In this document: positions 51,164-59,577 of the stretch, piece by piece
Layout: each line of letters starts with the position of its first letter
How positions within the stretch are numbered: the first letter of the stretch is position 1
Sequence record: NC_048668.1
Length of the DNA stretch: 64,000 nucleotides
Reading direction: 5' to 3' (one strand)
The notes under the pieces: model-generated
Told to the model about the DNA's origin: nothing
The model's database searches: none
Seen by the model: the letters and a program-made list of their open reading frames with translations, nothing else
Translations under genes and position numbers: made by a program

Positions 51164-51417
51164 TGGAATACTCCATTATCAACCCTAATGGGAAACTCCC
51201 TGTACTACGTATCAAGGTCAGTGGTGTTTTGAGTCATTACTCGATTATGGGCATTACGGGTATCAGCTACGCCAAAATGGCCATGCCGTTAGGTACTGTA
51301 CAAGTGACGATTGACCGGGAAGGAACAAGTAATATCTTCCAGGTTCCGGTAAAAGATGTCCCATTAGTAGATGAGATCGTTACTCTCTGGGTAAATATCA
51401 TCAACGGTATCAAGTAA
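51148..51417 (+). CDS. hypothetical protein
   Basis: coupled to previous gene. Confidence 0.6.
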   Translation: MGTDLMEYSIINPNGKLPVLRIKVSGVLSHYSIMGITGISYAKMAMPLGTVQVTIDREGTSNIFQVPVKDVPLVDEIVTLWVNIINGIK

Positions 51418-51540
51418 GTAATTTGTCATAAACCCACCTACCCTAACCGGTAGGTGGGAGTTGTATTATCCTAAATCTTTTTCTTTTGTCATTACGTTAA
51501 AATGTACGCATGTTTGACTTAATGTAGACATTAGGGAATT

Positions 51541-52455
51541 ATGAGGGAGTTTCGGAAAATGGCCGGGACAAAGAAATTAATCATTACACCAACCTTCAAA
51601 CTAAAAAAGTTATTGAAGGATATGGTAGGCTCAGAGCCAGGTTTTAATCTAGTCTGGCAAATGGCCGTAGACTACATGGTGAAATGCATCTTGTCTGGTG
51701 CCCGTAAAGAAACGCTTCCCGAATTCATGCAGGAAGCATACGGCGAATTAGATGCTTCCACGAGTTATTACTTCGCAGATCTGTTGGGGTTCAAATTGGT
51801 TGAGTCCTCGTACAGAAAAGATTCATTTACATTCTCCTTGGCATTATCTGGGGAATCTAAAAACGTTCCTGATCTTTCTAAGGTTACGAAGATCTCTCGT
51901 ACACCTTACGATAACGGATGGATGAATGGCGTAGTTTGGTTCCGACCTGTACACTGCGCATTTTACTACGTTAAAGCAACCCGTAACCCATTAGCTGACT
52001 TTGTGCAGGAAAGTGCATATCTGGTCGGCAAACACCACAAGGTGAATATCTACCAAAAGATATTTGATGCGGGTGATGATAAACGTATTAAAGGGATTTA
52101 CTTTGAAGTAGCCGATCGGAAGGAATCCGAAGATGTAGGTAGTCAGATGTCTAACTACGTCAGAAACAATAGAGGGATCTACGAAGAGGGAGAAAGACGT
52201 GTCGGGGAATTATTACCTGACCGTAAAGATCAACCCAATACCCAACACCAGGGGAATGGGAAGAAGCCTGACTTTGGTATCGGGAGAAATCAGGTATGTG
52301 TAAAAGGTAAGGAATACCGTAATGTAGTTTCGTACCACAAAGAGACTCGTTTACCGATGCCGCAGATCTACCGTCGATTGAATTCCCGTCATCCTGAATG
52401 GATTGATTGGTTCTTCATCGGCTCTCCTAAAGATACTAGAAGGAAGTCAGTGTGA
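51541..52455 (+). CDS. hypothetical protein with C-terminal NUMOD1-like HTH module
   Basis: KGKEYRNV...QIYRRLNSRHPEWIDW resembles the repeats of 61791..63138. Confidence 0.5.
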   Translation: MREFRKMAGTKKLIITPTFKLKKLLKDMVGSEPGFNLVWQMAVDYMVKCILSGARKETLPEFMQEAYGELDASTSYYFADLLGFKLVESSYRKDSFTFSLALSGESKNVPDLSKVTKISRTPYDNGWMNGVVWFRPVHCAFYYVKATRNPLADFVQESAYLVGKHHKVNIYQKIFDAGDDKRIKGIYFEVADRKESEDVGSQMSNYVRNNRGIYEEGERRVGELLPDRKDQPNTQHQGNGKKPDFGIGRNQVCVKGKEYRNVVSYHKETRLPMPQIYRRLNSRHPEWIDWFFIGSPKDTRRKSV

Positions 52456-52706
52456 AAGTATTGGAAAGTAAAGAAGGACACGGTGTTTTCCTTATCCAAA
52501 CGTACAAGTGCGTTTTCGATGCAATCAAGTGGTTCGCAGACCAACTAGGTTCAGAAGACCTAGATGAAAGCATCTTAGAGAAATCACTGACCGGGATCGC
52601 TATAGAGACAGGGGTAAGCTTGTTTCCTGCGATCTTAGAAGTCATGGAGACGGACAAGGTAATGTCCTACCGAGTCATTAATCTCGATGGTCTTAAACTT
52701 AGCTAG
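52452..52706 (+). CDS. hypothetical protein
   Basis: GTGA overlap, SD AAGGA. Confidence 0.55.
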   Translation: MKVLESKEGHGVFLIQTYKCVFDAIKWFADQLGSEDLDESILEKSLTGIAIETGVSLFPAILEVMETDKVMSYRVINLDGLKLS

Positions 52707-52774
52707 TCCATAAGCCGGCTGGGGAAACCTGGCCGGTCTATGTTGTTTATGTACAATTAAGAGGAAACACCACC

Positions 52775-52934
52775 ATGCCTAGTACCAGTAAGAAACAAGA
52801 GCAATTCATGGCAGTCGCTGCCCACGACAAAGAGTTCGCTGAAGAAGCAGGCATTCCCCAGAAGGTTGCTAAAGAATTCCATAACGCCGGATAAGCGTAA
52901 GAAGAACAAGAAAGCGATCTTGGCAAAACGTTGA
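52775..52934 (+). CDS. small protein MPSTSKKQ...; +1 frameshift near 52888
   Basis: SD GAGGA; MPSTSKKQEQFMAVAAHDKEFAEEAGIPQKVAKEF. Confidence 0.65.
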
Positions 52935-53072
52935 TTTAGATCTTTTTTTACGCAACAAGTTTAAGTATGTAGAAGCTGCATCAAGTAATCATTTAGTTCA
53001 ATTAACTCCAGGGTCGATTGTCGGTAACTAAGTGAGATTCAGCTACAAGCGGGGATGGATCCCCACTAAGTA

Positions 53073-53234
53073 TTGGAGAGCTTTAAGGGTACGATCTCAA
53101 TCGTCCGGGTTGTGGAACAACTTCCGCACACTAGTGCGTTGGTTTAGGGTTCGACTCCCTACCGGAATGCCTTAAAGGTAGCGCATGATAAATGCGAGCA
53201 ACTAACACGAGGCGACATTACGCGCCTACTCCAA
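53073..53234 (+). ncRNA. multi-stem RNA with nested tRNA-like domain
   Basis: TTGGAG/CTCCAA, CTTTAAGG/CCTTAAAG, TCCGG/CCGGA, T arm TAGGG-TTCGACT-CCCTA. Confidence 0.5.
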
Positions 53235-53249
53235 TCAAGACGAATTCCT

Positions 53250-53334
53250 GGTAGGTTACTCAAGCGGCAACGAGAACAGACTGTAAATCTGTTGCCTTCG
53301 GGCTTCGATGGTTCGAGTCCATCACCTACCACCA
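53250..53334 (+). tRNA. trnY: tRNA-Tyr(GTA)
   Basis: acceptor GGTAGGT/ACCTACC, anticodon arm ACAGA-CTGTAAA-TCTGT, long variable arm, TTCGAGT T loop, encoded ACCA. Confidence 0.95.
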
Positions 53335-53341
53335 AAACAAT

Positions 53342-53420
53342 GAACCGAGTAGCTCAACTGAATAGAGCACCGTCCCGCTAAGACGGAGGTTAGAGGTTTA
53401 AGTCCTTTCTCTGGTTCCCA
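53342..53420 (+). tRNA. atypical/pseudo tRNA: Arg-like body, GCT anticodon
   Basis: D arm AGCTCAACTGAATAGAGC, arm CCGTC-CCGCTAA-GACGG, T loop TTTAAGT, bulged acceptor, CCA. Confidence 0.65.
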
Positions 53421-53426
53421 AACAAC

Positions 53427-53590
53427 GACACTGATCTCAAGAAGATCGGCAGCCTTACCCAACCGTGTCGCGGCGATCGCCAGCAATCGGTATTTAGTGC
53501 ACGGTACGTAGACAAGCCTTTGAGCGAAGTTCCGCGTCCCGAGCCGTCGGCAGCCCATAAGCCTCAGTGAAATTCTGAGGGGTGTCACCA
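53427..53590 (+). ncRNA. tRNA-mimic RNA (164 nt) ending ACCA
   Basis: GACACT/GGTGTC stacked on CCTCAG-TGAAATT-CTGAGG. Confidence 0.6.
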
Positions 53591-53680
53591 AAGATGTCCT
53601 CATTGCAGAGGGAGGTTGATTGTAGTCAGCCTGTTGTGAAACGAATCTGCAGTGGGGACGCCTTCCCTTTCTAAAGTTTT

Positions 53681-53769
53681 ATCGAGATAGTCTACTTAAA
53701 CCTAGTGAGGAATTCGACGGCGGATACGTCCGTAAGACTGCGTAGGTTCGATCCCTACTCTCGATCCGA
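53681..53769 (+). ncRNA. tRNA-mimic RNA, three-way type
   Basis: ATCGAGA/TCTCGAT, AGTCT/AGACT, GTAGG-TTCGATC-CCTAC. Confidence 0.55.
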
Positions 53770-53782
53770 TTTAAAAGAACAA

Positions 53783-53909
53783 TGACGCCTGCACGTAAAA
53801 AGCAAACTGCGCCAGCTGGGCGCGGTGGGGGCTAAGTGCCATGAACCATGCGGCGAGATCGCGGCGAAGGTATAAGATAGCCAGGTGCGATTCCTGGGGG
53901 CGTCACCCA
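53783..53909 (+). ncRNA. tRNA-mimic RNA (127 nt) ending CCCA
   Basis: TGACGCCT/GGGCGTCA, CCAGG-TGCGATT-CCTGG. Confidence 0.6.
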
Positions 53910-53911
53910 AT

Positions 53912-53988
53912 TAGGTACGTAAGTCTCAAGTGGCCGCATTCATCTGCCCGCTGCCTAAAGACTTTGTGGAATGGATTCCGCGTACCTA
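53912..53988 (+). ncRNA. tRNA-mimic RNA, three-way type
   Basis: TAGGTAC/GTACCTA, AAGTCT/AGACTT, GTGGA-ATGGAT-TCCGC. Confidence 0.5.
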
Positions 53989-54024
53989 AAAACCAGTAAG
54001 TTAAACTAATAGGACGATTCTACG

Positions 54025-54535
54025 ATGACTATCCTTAATCGCGATATGATCATGCAAGAACTCTTAAACTCAATAGATCCTGATGCAGGCCCATGTCTTG
54101 GGCTTAGCAGGGAAAAAGAGTTAGCCGAAATTTATACGCTAGGATTCAAGGCACCTCGCCAAACGGGGTCTACGTATTGGCTTATCGAAAAACTCATTGA
54201 GGATCGTAACTCAATTGTAATTTTGATTAATAGCGACTTTAAAGAACACTTCCTAGGCGGATGTTGAGAAATACCCTAAAGTCATTTTCGACAAATGTGT
54301 TCAATATGGACCATCTGTTGAACGAGGTATTCTTAATGGCGATAAAGACAATATAGTCGATCGCTGTTTCACTGCCAGGGAATTCCTAAACGCCGACCTA
54401 GAACGTCACCGCTACGCCACATCGGTCTTCTTTGATGGCGCGTCGACGATTGCTAGTAAGATTAATCTTAATGCGTATTACCGAAAGTTGGCCAAAGAAG
54501 TAAAAGGTTATCCGGTTACTTGGCTGATTAACTAA
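54025..54535 (+). CDS. hypothetical protein with degenerate P-loop; +1 frameshift near 54257
   Basis: APRQTGST; frames join (LADVEKYPK) after removing one G. Confidence 0.55.
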
Positions 54536-54627
54536 AGAACACTTGATGTGCTGGTAAAGGTTTAGTCGCCTTTTTTAAGATCGTCCGCTAACGATTGATA
54601 CTAGCGCATCTTTTTTATTGAAGAATC

Positions 54628-54850
54628 CCGCCGATCGGGTAGCGTACGTCTGGCGTAGTCATTACTCTAATTGAGTGGGGATACGAGGGGTTTACCAGTC
54701 GATCGGTGGTACCAAACTCCGAGCAGGTTGCAGCCGGCTGGAGTAAATAGGGGACTGCGAGTCCCCAGGTGCATAAAGGCCCAGAAATGGCGCCCGGCAC
54801 AAGACGCAGCGCGTCGGTATCGAGAGGGGCTTCGGCCCCTCTCTTTATTT
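54628..54850 (+). ncRNA. candidate GC-rich structured RNA with UUCG terminator
   Basis: CCGCCGATCG/CGATCGGTGG, GGGGAC-TGCGA-GTCCCC, GAGAGGGGC-TTCG-GCCCCTCTC. Confidence 0.5.
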
Positions 54851-54869
54851 TCTTCAACGGGAAACTGTT

Positions 54870-55346
54870 ATGAAATTCATACTGGCATTGAATCCTAAAG
54901 ATCCGGCAATTAAAGGTTACGAATCAGCTCTGCTTAAGATGATCCAGATTATGGATAAACGAGAAGCTACTTACTGGAAAGAGTCAGCTAACTTAGATAT
55001 CCTTAGTCGCGAGATGTAGTGTAAAACCTTAGAGGAACGTTGGGTAGATGATACTCAAATACTAATGCTCCTTGTGAGAGGTAATCCTGTAGGTTTCGTT
55101 GAGTACACGACCGCGGTAGTTAACGCTAGTTCTAAGTGGCTTTCTATATGTTATCTGTACGTACAACGAGAGTACAGAGGGTTTGGATATGGATCTGCAC
55201 TAGTTGATCAAGTAAGGAACTTTGCCAAGATCCAACAAGTAGATCAGTTATCACTTTCAGTAAAGTCCAGAAATAAACGAGCCATTAAGTTTTACAAGAG
55301 ATACGGTTTCTCGGAACAGACTAAGTACTTCTGTATGAAACCTTAA
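54870..55346 (+). pseudogene. GNAT acetyltransferase with in-frame TAG at 55017-55019
   Basis: LYVQREYRGFGYGSAL motif; same frame on both sides of the TAG. Confidence 0.6.
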
Positions 55347-55360
55347 TTAGGAGAGTAACG

Positions 55361-55561
55361 ATGATTACCTTCCCTGGGATTACTGCGGTAGAGAAAAGTC
55401 AACTGAGTGTCGGTACACTCATCAATTATACCGGGCTAGGACTCAAGTTTAAATGTGATGTCTGCGAAGAGAAGTTAACTGTAAGCTATTACAAAGACAG
55501 TAAACCCGAAGATCGGATTATCTGTTCAAAGTGCAGCGGTTCTTCTTTCAGCACCTACTAA
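55361..55561 (+). CDS. zinc-ribbon protein
   Basis: CDVC...CSKC; SD AGGAG. Confidence 0.65.
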   Translation: MITFPGITAVEKSQLSVGTLINYTGLGLKFKCDVCEEKLTVSYYKDSKPEDRIICSKCSGSSFSTY

Positions 55562-55602
55562 GCAAACATAGGGAGAGGGAAAACCCTCTCCCTCTATATT
55601 GT

Positions 55603-57529
55603 TTAAACGCCGTCTGGGATATTGAGCATGGAGTTAACCTGATCCGTAGACCACTCGAGAATATCGAATGTACGGGAGTTAATGTTCTCCTGGTCACCGG
55701 TATCTAAGACGAACTCAAATACGAACGTAGGAGCGTCCTGATCAATCCTGTCAATACGACCTATCGCTTGTTCCATGTTGTAGCTACGGAACGGCACGTT
55801 CAATGCCAGGATGGTATTTGCCATTGTCATCGGTACGGCACTGGAAAGAGATTGGAATGTAGTAACCATCGCCCGCTCTTTACCCGTTTCGAACTTCTTG
55901 ACTTCACTATCAGCAGTACCTTCAGAACTACCGTGAACTACCAGTGGTTGAATGCCTTTACCTTTAAGATATTTGGCACACTCATCAACTACCTTAACGT
56001 ACGAAGTAAAGACGACAGTTTTCTTCTCAGCCTCCTCGATATACTTCTCGATTTTAGCATGACGCATAACTGCCTCAACTGCTTCCTCACGCCGTTTGGA
56101 TACAAGTGACCCAAGACACTCCCCTCTGACTTTCAATTCAACATACTTGATTACAGAGAGATAGGATCGCAGTTTCTTCCTACGTTCATTATCCAAAGCA
56201 GGTAAAAGAACATTCTTCTCGTACTTATTAACAAATACGATAGTGTCCCGGATTTTAGGATAATCAGTAGTCTTAACTATCACGTTGAACATCTTACGAT
56301 AAAGCGCGAACTGTTGCTTCTGCTGAGGACTCTTCAACGCCTTCTCAAAGATGGCAAGGGACTCGTTGTAATACTTCAGAGCATTACCTCGCTGACCTTC
56401 CCAGTACTTCAAACGATCCTTGATAAACTTCTCCATATCTTTCTTGAGAGTAGTCAACAAGAAAGGAGTTGGGTCGGGTATCTTAACAGGGACACGTTCG
56501 ATCTTAGGTTCGGTTTTAACAACCTCAGCTTTGAAGACGATATTACCCAGACGATGACTAATGATGTCGAATACCTTATTACTGGACTTACCGTATAACT
56601 TACGGAAAGCCTCTGCAACATCATCGTTCATGAGCGGATCGATTGTCCTTAGCATGGTGATCGCTTCAGTACCGTATGCCTTAAGCGGGGTTGCCGATGC
56701 CCAAATAGTCGACATGGGTTCGATGATCTTCCATGCTTCGTACATGATGTTATTTCGACCACTTGTCTCTTCGTTCAACGTGTGGGATTCATCGAGTATT
56801 AGCGTGACTTTCTTACCACGGAACTTACTCGCAATCTCTTTGAAATAACGTAGGTCTTCTACGTGGAAGATCAGGAAAGGAGGGGGATTTCCTTTTAACT
56901 CTTTGTCCCGATCGTAGATCCAGTACTTAGGAGGATTACGAAAATCTTCCTTCATCGACTTTTCCCAAACACGATAGACCGCACGTTTGAGTGTTATGAT
57001 AATCGTGAAGTCTGACCCTAACATCTGGGACAGAGCCAACGAGGTATAGGTCTTACCAGTACCAGTTCCCATAGCCAACGTATAGCCACGAAGACGGAAT
57101 CTTGGTACTACGTTATCGTATTTATCAAAGAACTCATCCTGGTGTTCCTTAGGCGTGAATTTGAACAATGATAACTTAGAACGATTAAGGATTGGATCGT
57201 GTTCTTCTTGAGTACTCTTCAGCCAGGTATTTTCTAACATGGCGTTTTTAACGGACACCAGAGATCGTTTGGAGGTCTTGTTTAACTTAGGGAACTCCAA
57301 TAACTTGTCGACAATGTAAACGAACTCTACTGCGAAGAAACTATAAAACTCAATCTCGTAGGGAGAGACTTTAATGAACATCGATTTGGCGATCCTGTTT
57401 GTCCGCCACAGAGAATAGATGTCCGCAAACATGTTCTTTGGTTTTCAAAGCCGAAACAGTAATCTTCCCATTACTCTCCACGACCTTAACCGAACCAATT
57501 AAAGAACGAATTGGGTTAAGAATGCCCAT
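55603..57529 (-). CDS. SNF2-like/SF2 helicase; +1 frameshift near 57433
   Basis: MGTGTGKT, LDESH, SATP, QAIGRIDR; upstream ATG at 57529 in adjacent frame; minus-strand TATG upstream. Confidence 0.85.
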
Positions 57530-57589
57530 TACAGTTTACCCGATAGTTGATTAGCCTAGACATAGAAAATCTCGAAAAGTATTCACGTA

Positions 57590-57597
57590 TATATTAC
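57590..57597 (+). promoter_or_regulatory. early promoter TATATTAC
   Basis: exact motif, N5-TGA. Confidence 0.7.
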
Positions 57598-57631
57598 TAC
57601 CATGATAGAGGCCATTAGTAGGTAATGTCAG

Positions 57632-58300
57632 ATGGGCAATCTAATAGTTAAGTTCGATTACCCAGCGGGTATACGGGCTAAGATAAAAGAATGGGTTAAG
57701 AATAATCCGTTCTTCGAAGCATTGATCTTTTCGATGGTAATCGAATCTAAGATCGATACCATGTTCGCTTGTCCTGAAATAGAAGGGCTCGCTGATAAGT
57801 TTAAAGGGAACTACGAATCCCTAGAGGATCATCTTGACGGTAAAGAATTCAGCCATGCTAAACCGACTGAATTAGGATTGGACGTAATAGCTAACAAGGA
57901 TAAAGATAAACTCCTTGACTATTCTCCGATGAGGTCGATAAACGATATCCGTTTCTTCAAAGACCAAGAAGAGATGAAGAAGTGGTTTAAAGGCCCAGGT
58001 AAACACTACTCCAGATTTATCCTGATTTGTTCAACTGTGGTATTAAAGGAATATGGAGTAGTAAACTCCAATCAAGGAAACGACCTGGAAGAGTGTTTAA
58101 AGATCAACGGCAAGATGTTCGATTACATCACAGCCAAGAAAGCACAGTGGGCAGTATTGAACTTTAACGTGAATGGAAATGAGGGAGCGATCAATAATTC
58201 GTCTAGAGTTATCGAACGTTTAATCACCTTAACCATGAACGCTAAGAGAAAAGCACGCGGCAGAGACGCCGGTAAATTAATCGCACCAATCGAAAACTAA
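57632..58300 (+). CDS. hypothetical protein
   Basis: 222-aa ORF after early promoter. Confidence 0.7.
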   Translation: MGNLIVKFDYPAGIRAKIKEWVKNNPFFEALIFSMVIESKIDTMFACPEIEGLADKFKGNYESLEDHLDGKEFSHAKPTELGLDVIANKDKDKLLDYSPMRSINDIRFFKDQEEMKKWFKGPGKHYSRFILICSTVVLKEYGVVNSNQGNDLEECLKINGKMFDYITAKKAQWAVLNFNVNGNEGAINNSSRVIERLITLTMNAKRKARGRDAGKLIAPIEN

Positions 58301-58310
58301 GGAAATACAA

Positions 58311-58718
58311 ATGAAAAACATCACCAAAACTATCGCAGCTATCGCATTCGCAACCGGCGCTATGTTCGCAGCCAATAACGCATATGCCGCAGACGGCTAC
58401 AAATCTCCAGATGTGAAATACGCCAAACCATGCGTAGCCGACGCTCGCCAGAAGGCGCAGCTTATGGCTAACACCTACCAGGAAATGAACCAGCTGGATT
58501 ACGAAGCTGAACTGAAACTGGTCGACCCTACCTTCCCGGCGGCATTCCGCAATCCGGTACGCAAAGAGCAGTTCGTTCACCCGATCGAATTCAAAGTGCT
58601 GTTCGTCCGTGGTTTCGAAACACGTATCCGCGTGATGTACTCCAACTCCTCAGCCACTGATCCTAACATGTGTGTATTCCAGGGCATCGAATTCCTCGAC
58701 CTGACCGACGCAAACTAA
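58311..58718 (+). CDS. secreted/periplasmic protein
   Basis: Sec signal peptide MKNITKTIAAIAFATGAMFAANNAYA; strongly biased codons. Confidence 0.7.
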   Translation: MKNITKTIAAIAFATGAMFAANNAYAADGYKSPDVKYAKPCVADARQKAQLMANTYQEMNQLDYEAELKLVDPTFPAAFRNPVRKEQFVHPIEFKVLFVRGFETRIRVMYSNSSATDPNMCVFQGIEFLDLTDAN

Positions 58719-58745
58719 TTCTACCAATCCGAAATAGCGGTCTTA

Positions 58746-59288
58746 ATGGCCGCTAATAAATTTAAGGAGCTTAACGTGACTAAACGATTTATTCTGCTGA
58801 AGGACATTTTTGGAGAAAACTGGAAACGAGGTGGCGTAGTAGACTTAGCCGAAGTGGTCATGATTGCACCGGCTAATATCGCGGTACCGCGTACACTCGA
58901 TGATATCCGCATCATCACTCGTGGCGGTGCAGAAACTCGCATCATCGTTGAAGATTTAAATCAGTCCTCTATCGTAGCCGCTAACGATAAGTTGGTACAG
59001 GCCTTCATGGATTACGTTACCGCTCAAGCAGAGGGGCCGGAACTTCCCCCGGAACAAATTAAACCAACACGGGAAGAAAAGCTGGCTCGGTTCAATGAAA
59101 TGGTCATTGCTGAAATTTCAAAGTTAACTGACTATGGTCGGTTAAGCGCATTTCACCTGAGCATTACTGAAACAACGGAGTGGAATCAAAAAGATCTCAA
59201 CGATCTTGATTCCTTCCTTAAGTATCGTCCGGGTGCGTGGACTAACCAATATCGTAAAATCATGGAGTGCGAAGATGATCTTTGGTAA
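58746..59288 (+). CDS. hypothetical protein
   Basis: 180-aa ORF; start may be GTG near 58776. Confidence 0.6.
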   Translation: MAANKFKELNVTKRFILLKDIFGENWKRGGVVDLAEVVMIAPANIAVPRTLDDIRIITRGGAETRIIVEDLNQSSIVAANDKLVQAFMDYVTAQAEGPELPPEQIKPTREEKLARFNEMVIAEISKLTDYGRLSAFHLSITETTEWNQKDLNDLDSFLKYRPGAWTNQYRKIMECEDDLW

Positions 59289-59577
59289 CTACAAATCAGC
59301 CACGATCCAACGTTCAGACGTACCTGATCTGAAATCACTGTACATCATGGTACTGCTCAACTCTCACGCTGTCGACCATCTGGCTGAATACGCTATGGTG
59401 CGCGATGAGACAACCGTCGGCGTATTCGCTGTTAAACCAACTGGCGAGACTGTAGAAGACTCGCTCACCATTATTCGTTTAACCGGCGGGGCTGTTAAGT
59501 TCATCCTTTCCGAATCCATGATTGAGTTTACCGTCGATCAATCCTTCCTCAAACGTTTTATCTCAGGAATTCAATAA
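59275..59577 (+). CDS. hypothetical protein
   Basis: SD GGAG, ATG 59275. Confidence 0.6.
   Translation: MIFGNYKSATIQRSDVPDLKSLYIMVLLNSHAVDHLAEYAMVRDETTVGVFAVKPTGETVEDSLTIIRLTGGAVKFILSESMIEFTVDQSFLKRFISGIQ

Noticed and set aside
53322-53603. ORFs overlapping the tRNA island and at 54615..54898
   Set aside because: No SD, atypical composition, and overlap with clear RNA structures
53700-53770. tmRNA fragment (GAATTCGACGG resembles the tmRNA 5' region)
   Set aside because: Element is too short, with no tag reading frame and no G3-U70 Ala identity
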